Shown here: piece by piece, positions 9,688-22,426 of the stretch
How the letters are laid out: the number at the start of each line of letters is the position of its first letter
Position numbering within the stretch: the first letter of the stretch is position 1
DNA from: a virus
Lineage: Duplodnaviria > Heunggongvirae > Uroviricota > Caudoviricetes
DNA: 64,000 nucleotides
Virus record (IMG/VR): IMGVR_UViG_3300045988_150638
Reading direction: 5' to 3' (one strand)
The notes under the pieces: model-generated
What the model was told of the DNA's origin: nothing
Database searches by the model: none
Seen by the model: only the letters and a program-made list of their open reading frames with translations
Made by a program: the position numbers and the translations under genes

Positions 9688-10480
9688 AGTCACTTTCTGT
9701 TTCTTCTGGAATGTTTTCTTGCGGTTCTGTTAATGCAGCACGACACAGGTTCCGGGCATTGGCTATAGCCACACTTTTGACTTCATCCGTCATCGTGCAG
9801 GTAATGTACTGATCGAGTTCTTCAGCACGGATGATGCTTTTGCCAATCAGAAACTGTATTTGCCAGAGCAGATCAGCATCCATAATCAGAATTTCTGCCG
9901 GGCCTTCAGGACCAGCCGGGAAGGAAACATAAGACTGTTTGCCCAGGCCGATAACTCGACAACTTGCTTCAAGAATTGCGCGATTGAGGTCTGACTTTAT
10001 AACGGAAACAGGTTGATTTTCACCTGCGATTACGCCGTTGACATGGATGTGGAATGGCATGTAGCTTGAAATTCGCTCTACTTTCCATACGCCAGCAAGC
10101 GATCCTTCATGCAGCACAATGGGGGTAACCGCGAGTTTCATCTCACCATATAACTGCTGGCAGATAGCTGGATTGCTGAATACATCCAAAGGTTCACACT
10201 CAAACAGCGGCGCAATCTGTATGAGGTCCATCATGGTCATACCAGGGGTACGAGCAGTAATGAATCTGCGCATGCCAGTATCCATTGTGCGCCAGATAGC
10301 TACACCATGCTTTTTGCTCACTTCTTCAGTAAAGCCAAGGTGGCACATGATGGTTTTTTCGATAGCCAGATCAGAGATCGAAACCTTTTCGCCAGGTACA
10401 CCATCATTATTGATGGTCACTTCTACACTCTGGCCATTACGCAGGCGGTATTGAATTGTTTTAGTATTTTGTGCTGTCAT
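9686..10480 (-). CDS. hypothetical protein
   Basis: 264 aa ORF between ssb and the HipA-like gene; no motif recognised by eye. Confidence 0.4.
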   Translation of the reverse strand: MTAQNTKTIQYRLRNGQSVEVTINNDGVPGEKVSISDLAIEKTIMCHLGFTEEVSKKHGVAIWRTMDTGMRRFITARTPGMTMMDLIQIAPLFECEPLDVFSNPAICQQLYGEMKLAVTPIVLHEGSLAGVWKVERISSYMPFHIHVNGVIAGENQPVSVIKSDLNRAILEASCRVIGLGKQSYVSFPAGPEGPAEILIMDADLLWQIQFLIGKSIIRAEELDQYITCTMTDEVKSVAIANARNLCRAALTEPQENIPEETESD

Positions 10481-10577
10481 AGTCTTTTCTCTGCTTAAAA
10501 ACTGATGTATTGCGCCTTCAGGTTGGTTAGGAATGTTTTCCCACCAGCGAAAGCAATATCTCGGGGTGTTCTATTCG

Positions 10578-11066
10578 TTAAAACGGAATATCGTCGTCAA
10601 AGTCCATTGGAGGTTCGTTATTGGCGTTGCCCTGAGGTTTACCGCCACCACTGTATTGCTGGTGGTTTTGAGGTTGGTTTGATTGCCCCCAGCCATTTGA
10701 GGACTGTGAATCGTCACGGCGAGCGCCTATCATTTGCATGGTGCCGCCCTGGCTGACGATAATTTCCGTCGTGTAACGTTCTACACCGGCGTCATCTGTC
10801 CACTTACGGGTTTTAAGTTTCCCTTCGATGTAGACCTGAGAACCTTTTCGTAAATATTCACTCGCAATTTCAGCAAGTTTTCCGAACAAAACGACTTTAT
10901 GCCATTCTGTTTGCTCTTTCTGTTGGCCCGTTTGCTTGTCGCGCCATGATTCATTCGTTGCGATGCTGAGTATTCCGACCGCTCCGCCATTTGGTATATA
11001 CCTGATCTCCGGGTCTTGCCCCAGGGTACCAATCAGGATGACTTTGTTTACACCGCGTTGTGCCAC
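10578..11066 (-). CDS. ssb: single-stranded DNA-binding protein
   Basis: 162 aa; strong similarity to E. coli SSB including the C-terminal [11 protein letters not shown] tail; GTG start; C1 operator immediately upstream. Confidence 0.9.
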   Translation of the reverse strand: MAQRGVNKVILIGTLGQDPEIRYIPNGGAVGILSIATNESWRDKQTGQQKEQTEWHKVVLFGKLAEIASEYLRKGSQVYIEGKLKTRKWTDDAGVERYTTEIIVSQGGTMQMIGARRDDSQSSNGWGQSNQPQNHQQYSGGGKPQGNANNEPPMDFDDDIPF

Positions 11067-11085
11067 TTATCTTACCTAATAAAAT

Positions 11086-11102
11086 AAATTAATTAGAGCA
11101 AT
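11086..11102 (-). promoter_or_regulatory. C1 repressor operator (ssb)
   Basis: minus strand reads ATTGCTCTAATTAATTT, 16/17 to the C1 operator consensus. Confidence 0.7.
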
Positions 11103-11126
11103 AATGTATATCTTTGAAACGTAGCT

Positions 11127-11146
11127 AACAAGTGATTTGCATTATC
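11127..11146 (+). promoter_or_regulatory. putative Lpa-dependent late promoter (lyz)
   Basis: AACAAGTGA followed by a -10-like CATTAT; the same 9-mer recurs upstream of prt and of the 49179 block. Confidence 0.3.
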
Positions 11147-11235
11147 CTGTGCCTTCTAAAGGGATCGAGTCAGTCGGTATTGGCTGTGAATGGGTGTTTG
11201 TCCTGGAGCGTAAAAAATTCGCTTATGAGGTCTTT

Positions 11236-11793
11236 ATGAAGGGAAAAACAGCCGCAGGAGGCGGTGCAATTTGCGCTATCGCGGTGATGATTACCATCGT
11301 AATGGGTAATGGCAATGTGCGAACCAACCAGGCGGGGCTTGAGCTGATTGGTAACGCTGAAGGTTGCCGACGTGATCCATACATGTGCCCGGCGGGGGTA
11401 TGGACTGACGGGATCGGTAATACACACGGGGTAACGCCGGGTGTGCGAAAAACCGACCAGCAAATCGCCGCTGATTGGGAAAAGAATATCCTGATCGCTG
11501 AACGCTGTATTAATCAGCACTTCCGGGGCAAAGACATGCCCGATAATGCCTTTAGTGCAATGACAAGCGCGGCATTCAATATGGGATGCAATAGCTTACG
11601 GACCTACTACAGCAAAGCGCGAGGCATGCGAGTCGAAACGTCCATCCACAAGTGGGCGCAGAAAGGGGAATGGGTGAATATGTGTAACCATCTCCCTGAT
11701 TTTGTGAACAGTAACGGCGTGCCCCTGCGAGGTTTAAAGATTCGCCGTGAAAAAGAACGCCAGCTTTGCCTGACGGGACTGGTCAATGAATAA
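11236..11793 (+). CDS. lyz: SAR endolysin Lyz (T4-lysozyme-like)
   Basis: 185 aa from the ATG at 11236 (ORF begins 11137); N-terminal Gly/Ala-rich SAR segment then an E...C...T catalytic triad pattern. Confidence 0.8.
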   Translation: MKGKTAAGGGAICAIAVMITIVMGNGNVRTNQAGLELIGNAEGCRRDPYMCPAGVWTDGIGNTHGVTPGVRKTDQQIAADWEKNILIAERCINQHFRGKDMPDNAFSAMTSAAFNMGCNSLRTYYSKARGMRVETSIHKWAQKGEWVNMCNHLPDFVNSNGVPLRGLKIRREKERQLCLTGLVNE

Positions 11794-12040
11794 ACTCCGG
11801 CAGCTCCGCAGACTTTCGACAATGAAGTTATCGCTGGCAGCGATAGTTTTCGACTCGATTTTCATGGCGGTATATGTGCTTAATGAAACGTGGCCACTGG
11901 AACCGCTATTGTATGCCGGGCTTCGGCTGTGCCTGACATTTTTGAGCATGGCCGCGAGATTGATGCAGCAGAAAGAAACCGCTTCAGATTGTCCACGCCG
12001 CGCGGTGCGCAAATATATGGCACGCAGGCGAAGTCGATAA
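11786..12040 (+). CDS. small membrane protein downstream of lyz
   Basis: 84 aa; start overlaps lyz stop; hydrophobic segment; followed by a terminator. Confidence 0.3.
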   Translation: MNKLRQLRRLSTMKLSLAAIVFDSIFMAVYVLNETWPLEPLLYAGLRLCLTFLSMAARLMQQKETASDCPRRAVRKYMARRRSR

Positions 12041-12051
12041 TAGTTAACGAG

Positions 12052-12079
12052 AACCCCGGCACTCGCCGGGGTTATTTTT
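12052..12079 (+). terminator. rho-independent terminator
   Basis: AACCCCGGC-actc-GCCGGGGTT followed by ATTTTTGG. Confidence 0.6.
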
Positions 12080-12084
12080 GGTGG

Positions 12085-14815
<2,731 letters not shown>

Positions 14816-14849
14816 TTAATTAGAATAATTCGCATCGTGTTTGAACGGA

Positions 14850-14870
14850 ATTTAACACTAGTCACTTGTT
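14850..14870 (-). promoter_or_regulatory. putative late promoter (prt-pro)
   Basis: minus strand reads AACAAGTGACTAGTG TTAAAT: the shared 9-mer plus a -10-like hexamer, about 45 nt upstream of the prt start. Confidence 0.3.
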
Positions 14871-14881
14871 AAGGATTACCA

Positions 14882-17800
14882 ATGAACAAGCTATCTATGG
14901 GGGTGTTTCGCTGTTCAAGTGTCAGCGAAATATTGAAATACATTAGGGCAATAACATCTCACCGAGCGCCGATTAAATACGGCGTGGAAAAGGTGGAAGG
15001 CAAAAGCTATGACCGACTGCGCCGGGAGGCGAATCAGAAGGCGATAGATTTGCTTAATTCGCTGGTGGACGGCGCGACACTGACAGATGAACAGCGCCAG
15101 ATCCTGGCTGGGTACACCGGTGAAGGCGGCATTGGCGGGTCCGTCTCCGAATATTACACACCAAAGCCGATCGCTGAAGGTGTCTGGGAGATCATGAAGC
15201 TCTACGGCGCGGACGTAGGTAACACTCTGGAACCATCGGCGGGAACCGGCGTTTTTAATGAGACAAAACCGGTTGGTACGGTGATGACCGCGACTGAGAT
15301 CAGCAGTGTTTCCGGTCGTATAAACCAGTTGTTACACCCGGAAGACAGCGTACAGATTTCCCCGTTCGAACAGCTGGCTATAAGCACGCCTAACGATTCA
15401 TTCGACCATGTTGTGGGTAACGTTCCGTTCGGCGGTCGTGATAACACACGCAACATCGATAAGCCTTACGCAGAAGAAACGGACATGGGTTCTTACTTCA
15501 TGCTCCGCATGCTGGACAAGATAAAGCCAGGCGGATTCATGTGCGTGATTGTGCCGCCGTCCATTGTTTCAGGTTCAAACATGAAGCGGTTACGCCTGCG
15601 CTTATCCCGTAAAGCTGAATTTCTTGGCGCTCACCGCTTGCCTACCGGTACTTTTGACGCAAACGGGACCAGTACAGTCGTTGATGTGGTGCTGATGCGC
15701 AAACATCCGGCGGAGATGGCTGAGAAAATCCCCCTGGTGGATGAAGGTACTCTTGAATCGGCAAATGTGCTTTGGCCAACGTTTATTTCTGGCAAGTGGT
15801 TTGAAAAGGACGGCCGCCGGTTTGTTCATGGCACTCAGGAGAAGGGATTCCAGGGGCGTATTGAGGTTCGTGCCGACGGGCAGATTGATAACCAGGCTCT
15901 TAAAGCGAAGCTGATTCATCGTTTCGAAAGTCGTATCGACTGGTCTTTGCTCGATATGGCTGAACCGTCACCGACCGCAGATGTTGTTGATGAAGGGGAA
16001 ATGCGCCTGATTAATGGCGTATGGCAAAAATATGCTGGTGGTCGCTGGATTGAAGCTGATGCCGGGAAGGAGCTGAAGATTGATGTTGCCAGTTATGGCG
16101 CGGATAGCTGGGAGGCTCTTCAGCGTAACCTGACTACCACAGAAGGTCGTCTCGGCATGACATTTACCCAGATGGCAAATGTCCGCGATAAGTACACCAC
16201 ATCAATCAGCGACGATATGGTGCAGTTGGTGGACTGGATTAACAGCCAACCTGAAAAATACCGTGAACGCTTGTATCGCGGAGCGATGATTGGCCGGATG
16301 TTAATTGAATATCAGGACATGAAGGCCGCCGGGCATAGTGCTGAACAAATCGAACAGCAGCGCCTTTCTCTGGTATCCCGTTTGCAGGCAGAGATTGACC
16401 GTTTTGGTAACCCCGGTCGCGGTCCGATAGCGAAATTATCGGGGAGCGGTGCGCGCGCCTGGTTTGCTTTCCGTGGTGCAATTAAGCTGGATGGCACTAT
16501 TTCTGACGAGCTGACAGGAAAGCTGGTTACGCATGATTCCAGCGCCAGTTATGACTCCACCAGCTATCAGGACACCCTGCGTTATCTCTATAGCGATCTT
16601 ACCCGCGATCCAATCCAGCTCGATGATTTCCGCCTTGCGTTTACCGGCGAACTGCCAGCCAGTGATGAAGAGTTGCTTAATTTATTGGCCAGCACCCCTG
16701 GTATTGCGGTTTCACCGTATGGCGGGATTGTTCCGTTCGCCCGCGCCACCAGCGGCGACATTAACGAGATAGTGGCTCCAAAACAGGAATTTCTTGCCAC
16801 ACTCCCCGACGGTCCAGTAAAAAACAACGTCCTTAATCAGCTGGCAGCGATCGAAGAGAAGCGCATCAAGACGCCAGCAGAGAATATCCGCTTTAAGCTC
16901 AATAGCCGTTGGTTCGACCGCTCCGTCATTCTGGAGTTTTTGCAGGAAAACGGCTATCCGGATCTGCGCTATGTGCAGTCAGTGCAGCTGGAAGGCGACG
17001 AAATGGTTTCTGACACCTATCACGGTGGTGATGGTCTGTTCGTCGGGCACCGATACGGTGTCGTCCAGCGCAAGGATAAAGAAACAGGCGAGATCCGCTA
17101 CGAGTGGGACCGTAAATCAGGTGAAAACGCGACCGGGTTCCCGGCACAGCTGGAAAAGTATCTCAATGGTGCGCGTATCGGTGGCAAAGATAGCGCGACG
17201 GCGAACGGCTACCGCGAGCAGATGGCACTGCTTGAGGACCAGTTCAATAAGTGGATCAAGACGCACGATCGCTACGATGAGCTGGTTGCCAAATACAACG
17301 ATGTGTTCAATAGCAATATCCCGTATGAACACTCTGGCGATCCGCTTGGGTTGAAGGGATTAAGCGGTAAGCGCCAGCCATTTGATTACCAGAATAGCGA
17401 GGTGCGCCGACTGTCCGAAGATGGGCGCGGCATCCTGGGCTTTGGCACCGGGCTGGGTAAAACCACGACCGCGCTGGCGCTTGAGGCGTTCAACTATGAG
17501 AACGGTCGCTCTACCCGTACTGCGTATGTAGTGCCTAAATCAGTGCTGGAAAATTGGTATTACGAAGCAAAAGAATTCCTGAGTGAAGAGGCATTCAGTA
17601 ACTACCTGTTCGTCGGTCTTGATGTGCTGATGGATGGCGATCAGATTCGCCAGGTGCCGGTGCTCGATGAGAACGGTAAACCTGTTCTTGGTACTGATGG
17701 CACTCCAGTTATGCGCGATGCTCTTAAGCTGGCAGATGAAGCCACTATCACGGCGCGGATGAACGCGATCCCGCACTCAAATTACCGTGCAGTCGTGTTT

Positions 17801-20800
17801 ACCAAAGAACAATACGCCCGCATTCCGCTACGTGATGACACCGTAGATGAGCATGCACAGGATATGCTTTATGACTTCGTTGCCGCCGGGCGCGTAGCCA
17901 GCGCAATGGATTCCGACTCCCACCGCAAAGAGGCCGCGCGTCGCCGGGTATTGTCGGAGTATTCAGATACCGGTACCGAAAAAGCAGAGAAGTATCCGTA
18001 CTTTGAGGATATGGGCTTCGACAGCGTGATTGCTGACGAAGGCCACAACTACCGCAATTGCTATAAAAATGGTCGCGAAGCGTCACAACTGGCCTATCTG
18101 CCCACCAGCGCGGTGGCGCAATCGGCGCGAGATATGGCAATTAAAAACGCGTACCTGATGAAAAAGAATGGCGGGCGCGGGCCGGTTCTCCTGACTGCAA
18201 CGCCAGTCGTTAACACCCCGATCGATGCATACAACATGCTTTCTCATGTTCTGCCGAAGGAATACTGGCAGAACATGGGGATCTACGGTCCTGATGACTT
18301 CGTTAAATTCTTCGGCAAGACCAGGCTGGAAACGGTACAGAAAATCAGCGGTGAAGTTGAAGAAAAAATGGCGCTGGTGGGCTTTGAAAACCTTGATGCG
18401 CTGCGCGGTATATTCCATCGCTGGGTAACGCTTAAAACGGCGGAAGACGTTAAGGATACCGTGGAGATCCCGGAGCTGGACGAACACCAGCAGGATGCAC
18501 CACTTACTGAAGAACAACTGGCGGCGTATGAAGAATTGCGTCAGCAGGCGGAAGCGGCGGCAAAAGCCAACAATGGCGTAACGACCTCGGTCAATGAAGA
18601 CGGCGTGATTGAGCACGAGAAAGCCCGTCCGATCTTCTCAATAATCAGGGATATGGACCGCGTATGTACTGACATGGACCTGTACTATCGCCGGATCACC
18701 TATCGTTTCCTGCCGGAGTATGCCGATGCGGTGCAGCAGCTGGCGGACAGTTTGCCTAAACAAGCCACCAGCGAAGACGACGACAGTGATGATTCAATCA
18801 CGCAGCAATCGCAATACTCCCTGATAGATAAGGGCGAGTTTATTCAGTTGCAGGTTCCGGAAGCGTTCGAGCAGGAAGTGAATAAGCGCCTGGCCAGGTT
18901 TGGCATTGACGAACTGACCGTAACTCACCCCGTTACGCCGAAATACGCGAAGCTGATCGCCACGCTGAAGGAGTTTTTCCCGGAAGGTAAGCAAATCATC
19001 TTCACCGATGAAAAAACGCAGCACCAGAAGCTCAAGCGCATTATCTGCAATGCTCTAAACCTTGAACCTTCAAAGGTGGGGATCCTGAATGCTCAGACGG
19101 TTGCCGAGGCAGGTAAAACCGGTAAGAAACTGAAAGCGGTTAAACCGCCGAAAGAGCTACCGGATGAACCAACAGATGCACAGATAGCGAAATACAACGA
19201 GCAAATGGCTCTGTATGACGCCTATATCGCGCAGCAAAATGAAATGTCGCTGGGCGGGCTGGAAAAGATTGCTGCCGACTTCCAGGAGGGACGGACTCCG
19301 ATCATCATCTGCAACAAAAAGGCAGAGGTGGGTATCAACCTGCATCGAGGAACGACTGACATCCATCATCTGACGTTGCCATGGACACCAGCCAGTATCG
19401 CACAGCGTAACGGTCGCGGTGCCCGAGTTGGTTCCAACCGTGCAAGCGTTCGCGTTCACTACTACTGCGGCAAGGGGTCTTTCGATGAATACCGACTGAA
19501 GACGCTGAAGCGTAAAGCAGGCTGGATCTCCGATATCCTCCGTTCAGATAAGTCAGAAATGGAGAACGCAGACGCCAATGACATGATCGAAATGCAGATG
19601 TATACCGCGAAGGATGACGGCGAACGTCTGGCAATGATGCAGGTTCAAATGGATAAGGCGAAAGCTGCGAAACGCGCTCGCCAGAAAGAACAGGCTACTA
19701 TCGACCTTCAGAACTACATCAAGGCGCAGCACGCAGCTGGCGAGGATGTTGAGGTACTTACCGCTGAATTAGAACGAAGCAAAGCGGAACTTGAAAAGAC
19801 CACCGCCGAGGTAGCTAAATTCAAACAGGCGGCAATGGCCAAGGCAGCGGATAACGCAGACTGGAAGGCCCGCTGGGGGAGTGTCCATCACACAGACCGT
19901 ATGTTGTTAGCACAGTATCGCGCGTCGTTGAAAAGTGCCATTCAGCGCAAGGCTAATATCTCTCAGGCCATCTCCCGCTATGAGAAATTATTGAACCGTA
20001 CTCATAAGGCCGCGACGGATATCAAACGCCTGCGCCCGCTGGTGGAGGATGCAATAAATAAAGGCATTCTGGATGTTGATCCTGATCTGGTTAACCATGC
20101 GAATGAGTTCCTCGTTATCGGCGATCGCTCATGGCGTGTAGGCCAATACTACGATTGTGCCGGTGATATCGTTCGCATTAAGTCGCTGGACTTCGACAGC
20201 CAGCGCGCAGACGTGGAGATCATCTTTACCTTCAAAGGCACCAAATCGGGTAACTGGGATGTGAAGACGCTGGATAAACAGGTTGATGTAACTCCCGATG
20301 AAGATGCTGTTATGCAGAAAATCAGTGGTGGCGTCTCCATCGCCGGGATTAACGACATCATTTCCTGTGACGATTTCTACCGTTTCCAGCAGCGCGGCAT
20401 GATCAAAATCACTGACTCATACGGCGTTCAGACTACAGAGTCAGGCTATAGCATTGATTTTGTTGGTTCCTATACGGCCCCACTGAAGCATGCGGTTTAC
20501 CCGGATCGCCGTGACGGCGCGCTGAAGTCGTCAATTGCAAAATGGGTGCTTGGTATGATGTCGGAAGGGAATAACCGCCAGATCCGTTCGGCAGAAACAT
20601 TCCTGGTTGAATTGTTTGGCTCCAATTATGGCGATGTAATCGCGTCATACGGAGATACGCTATCCCCTGAAGCAATTCAGGAGAAAATAGCGGATGCGAT
20701 CGCAAAAATGCCGGAGAAAACAAGCCAGGGGGCTACTCGTAACGGGGATTCTGAACTTGAAGTCACCAATGCCATTTTCGGAACCCATGAGTTCCGGGCG

Positions 20801-21649
20801 TCAGATTATGAGATCACCACAGCACAGTTTGGCACCATTGGCATTTACAGCAATAAAGCCGAGATCAAGCAGGCAATGGACTCAGCAAGCGCGCGCATCG
20901 CAGCAGAACGGGAAGCCAATCTGAATCATGCAGTCGCCGCACTGACTCAATCGTGGGTAACAGCAATCAGGGAGGCCGCTACCACAGGGAAAATCACACC
21001 TGCAATTGCGGATGTCGTAAACGACGGCTCTAAATTTATGGATGCCTATCAAATGGATGCGGTGCAGTTGCCATCAGCCTATGGCCAACTCAGCTATCGC
21101 ATGACCTACAACCTGGTATCAATGTTTTCCGACCTTGCCATCCTTGGGCTGGTGGACCTTAACGAGGTTACGCCGGAATTGCTCAGCATGCGCAAGAATC
21201 ATGTGGAGATATTGCAGAGAATTAACACGGTTCTTGCCGGGCGCACCGATGAAGAGAAACAGGCCGACGCTGATCGGATAAACCTGGCCCTTGGCAACAT
21301 CACGGAGGAAGAAATTGCCGCCAGAAACGAGAAACAAGAAGAGTTATCATCAATACAGGGTGATGCCACCAGCATAGCTCAGTCTCTTGGTCTGAATTAT
21401 CGCGTATCCACCGCCGACCTGAAGATGATGTACGCACCAAAATTCGCCGCTGGCGAGGTATTTGGGCTTCAGGAAGCCTCAGGCATGAAAGGCGTTCTTT
21501 TCCGTGCGAAAGACGCAATCAAGGCGAAATTCGGCGCTCGCTGGCTGCCAGCGAAGGCGAAGAACAGCGATTTCCCGGGTAACTGGTGGATTATCGAGAC
21601 AAAACACAACGTGGCGGACGTTCTGGCCGTCATCCAACAATACGCATAA
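14882..21649 (+). CDS. darB: DarB anti-restriction protein (N6-adenine methyltransferase-helicase fusion)
   Basis: 2255 aa, matching recalled size of P1 DarB; methyltransferase-like VGNVPFGG, Walker A GTGLGKTT and DEGHN helicase motifs. Confidence 0.85.
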   Translation: MNKLSMGVFRCSSVSEILKYIRAITSHRAPIKYGVEKVEGKSYDRLRREANQKAIDLLNSLVDGATLTDEQRQILAGYTGEGGIGGSVSEYYTPKPIAEGVWEIMKLYGADVGNTLEPSAGTGVFNETKPVGTVMTATEISSVSGRINQLLHPEDSVQISPFEQLAISTPNDSFDHVVGNVPFGGRDNTRNIDKPYAEETDMGSYFMLRMLDKIKPGGFMCVIVPPSIVSGSNMKRLRLRLSRKAEFLGAHRLPTGTFDANGTSTVVDVVLMRKHPAEMAEKIPLVDEGTLESANVLWPTFISGKWFEKDGRRFVHGTQEKGFQGRIEVRADGQIDNQALKAKLIHRFESRIDWSLLDMAEPSPTADVVDEGEMRLINGVWQKYAGGRWIEADAGKELKIDVASYGADSWEALQRNLTTTEGRLGMTFTQMANVRDKYTTSISDDMVQLVDWINSQPEKYRERLYRGAMIGRMLIEYQDMKAAGHSAEQIEQQRLSLVSRLQAEIDRFGNPGRGPIAKLSGSGARAWFAFRGAIKLDGTISDELTGKLVTHDSSASYDSTSYQDTLRYLYSDLTRDPIQLDDFRLAFTGELPASDEELLNLLASTPGIAVSPYGGIVPFARATSGDINEIVAPKQEFLATLPDGPVKNNVLNQLAAIEEKRIKTPAENIRFKLNSRWFDRSVILEFLQENGYPDLRYVQSVQLEGDEMVSDTYHGGDGLFVGHRYGVVQRKDKETGEIRYEWDRKSGENATGFPAQLEKYLNGARIGGKDSATANGYREQMALLEDQFNKWIKTHDRYDELVAKYNDVFNSNIPYEHSGDPLGLKGLSGKRQPFDYQNSEVRRLSEDGRGILGFGTGLGKTTTALALEAFNYENGRSTRTAYVVPKSVLENWYYEAKEFLSEEAFSNYLFVGLDVLMDGDQIRQVPVLDENGKPVLGTDGTPVMRDALKLADEATITARMNAIPHSNYRAVVFTKEQYARIPLRDDTVDEHAQDMLYDFVAAGRVASAMDSDSHRKEAARRRVLSEYSDTGTEKAEKYPYFEDMGFDSVIADEGHNYRNCYKNGREASQLAYLPTSAVAQSARDMAIKNAYLMKKNGGRGPVLLTATPVVNTPIDAYNMLSHVLPKEYWQNMGIYGPDDFVKFFGKTRLETVQKISGEVEEKMALVGFENLDALRGIFHRWVTLKTAEDVKDTVEIPELDEHQQDAPLTEEQLAAYEELRQQAEAAAKANNGVTTSVNEDGVIEHEKARPIFSIIRDMDRVCTDMDLYYRRITYRFLPEYADAVQQLADSLPKQATSEDDDSDDSITQQSQYSLIDKGEFIQLQVPEAFEQEVNKRLARFGIDELTVTHPVTPKYAKLIATLKEFFPEGKQIIFTDEKTQHQKLKRIICNALNLEPSKVGILNAQTVAEAGKTGKKLKAVKPPKELPDEPTDAQIAKYNEQMALYDAYIAQQNEMSLGGLEKIAADFQEGRTPIIICNKKAEVGINLHRGTTDIHHLTLPWTPASIAQRNGRGARVGSNRASVRVHYYCGKGSFDEYRLKTLKRKAGWISDILRSDKSEMENADANDMIEMQMYTAKDDGERLAMMQVQMDKAKAAKRARQKEQATIDLQNYIKAQHAAGEDVEVLTAELERSKAELEKTTAEVAKFKQAAMAKAADNADWKARWGSVHHTDRMLLAQYRASLKSAIQRKANISQAISRYEKLLNRTHKAATDIKRLRPLVEDAINKGILDVDPDLVNHANEFLVIGDRSWRVGQYYDCAGDIVRIKSLDFDSQRADVEIIFTFKGTKSGNWDVKTLDKQVDVTPDEDAVMQKISGGVSIAGINDIISCDDFYRFQQRGMIKITDSYGVQTTESGYSIDFVGSYTAPLKHAVYPDRRDGALKSSIAKWVLGMMSEGNNRQIRSAETFLVELFGSNYGDVIASYGDTLSPEAIQEKIADAIAKMPEKTSQGATRNGDSELEVTNAIFGTHEFRASDYEITTAQFGTIGIYSNKAEIKQAMDSASARIAAEREANLNHAVAALTQSWVTAIREAATTGKITPAIADVVNDGSKFMDAYQMDAVQLPSAYGQLSYRMTYNLVSMFSDLAILGLVDLNEVTPELLSMRKNHVEILQRINTVLAGRTDEEKQADADRINLALGNITEEEIAARNEKQEELSSIQGDATSIAQSLGLNYRVSTADLKMMYAPKFAAGEVFGLQEASGMKGVLFRAKDAIKAKFGARWLPAKAKNSDFPGNWWIIETKHNVADVLAVIQQYA

Positions 21650-21655
21650 CAGGAG

Positions 21656-21673
21656 CGCCCGGTTCGCCGGGCG
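21656..21673 (+). terminator. stem-loop downstream of darB
   Basis: CGCCCGG-ttcg-CCGGGCG hairpin; no clear U-tract, so it may be an attenuator or stability element. Confidence 0.3.
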
Positions 21674-21682
21674 TCGCATAAT

Positions 21683-22123
21683 ATGGCCACACTATCTGAT
21701 ACAATAAAACCGAATAAAACATATCTTGAGGCGGTACTCCGTACAGCGTTGTTAGGAAAGACAGAAGACGAATACGTTGATTTCTTCCTGTCAGGGCTAC
21801 GCGGGCGATTACTGAAAAATCCCCGCCTGTACCGCAGCTATGGTCCATACTGGCCGGAAATTAAAAAATTATTACTGGAGCGCGGTTATGGTAATTTCGG
21901 TCGTCTCGTTGACCGTGACGTTCGCAAAATTTACCGTTATGACCGCCCGGCGCTGACGCTCATAGCTGCGACGCTCTACAGCCAGGAGCGTTTTGATAAT
22001 GGTCAGATATACTCAGCCTGGCATTTACTGCCAGTGCCTGAAGAGGTTGACGACCAGGACTATGAGTTTGAGTCTTACGATTTGGAAGTTGAAGCCTTAG
22101 CACAGGCTGGAGAGAAAACTTGA
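21683..22123 (+). CDS. ulx: Ulx (upstream of lxc)
   Basis: 146 aa; position between darB and lxc as recalled for P1. Confidence 0.4.
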   Translation: MATLSDTIKPNKTYLEAVLRTALLGKTEDEYVDFFLSGLRGRLLKNPRLYRSYGPYWPEIKKLLLERGYGNFGRLVDRDVRKIYRYDRPALTLIAATLYSQERFDNGQIYSAWHLLPVPEEVDDQDYEFESYDLEVEALAQAGEKT

Positions 22124-22368
22124 AAAAGCGATACTACACAGTAAAGCATGGGACGCTACGAGCATTACAAGAGTTTGCTGATAAGCATAACGTTGAGGTG
22201 CGCAGGGAAGGGGGAAGTAAAGCTCTGCGCATGTACCGTCCGGACGGGAAATGGCGTACGGTCGTCGATTTCAAAACTAACAGTGTTCCCCAGGGCGTCC
22301 GCGACCGGGCATTCGAAGAATGGGAGCAAATCATCATAGATAATGCATTGCTCCTGAATGCTGATTAA
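22120..22368 (+). CDS. lxc: Lxc/Bof co-repressor (modulator of C1 binding)
   Basis: 82 aa, matching recalled size of P1 Bof/Lxc; start overlaps ulx stop. Confidence 0.45.
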   Translation: MKKRYYTVKHGTLRALQEFADKHNVEVRREGGSKALRMYRPDGKWRTVVDFKTNSVPQGVRDRAFEEWEQIIIDNALLLNAD

Positions 22369-22376
22369 GTTTGTCT

Positions 22377-22396
22377 AGCCCGGTTAATACCGGGCT
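22377..22396. terminator. bidirectional stem-loop terminator
   Basis: perfect hairpin AGCCCGG-ttaata-CCGGGCT between convergent lxc and the hotspot cassette. Confidence 0.5.
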
Positions 22397-22426
22397 GGTT
22401 TAGACATCTTAAGTGGGTGTTAATTT

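Noticed and set aside
15202-21518. Many 60-180 aa ORFs on both strands inside darB (for example 18083-18616 and 17799-18140 on the minus strand)
   Set aside because: They are fully nested in a 2255-aa gene with clear methyltransferase and helicase motifs; typical out-of-frame artefacts.
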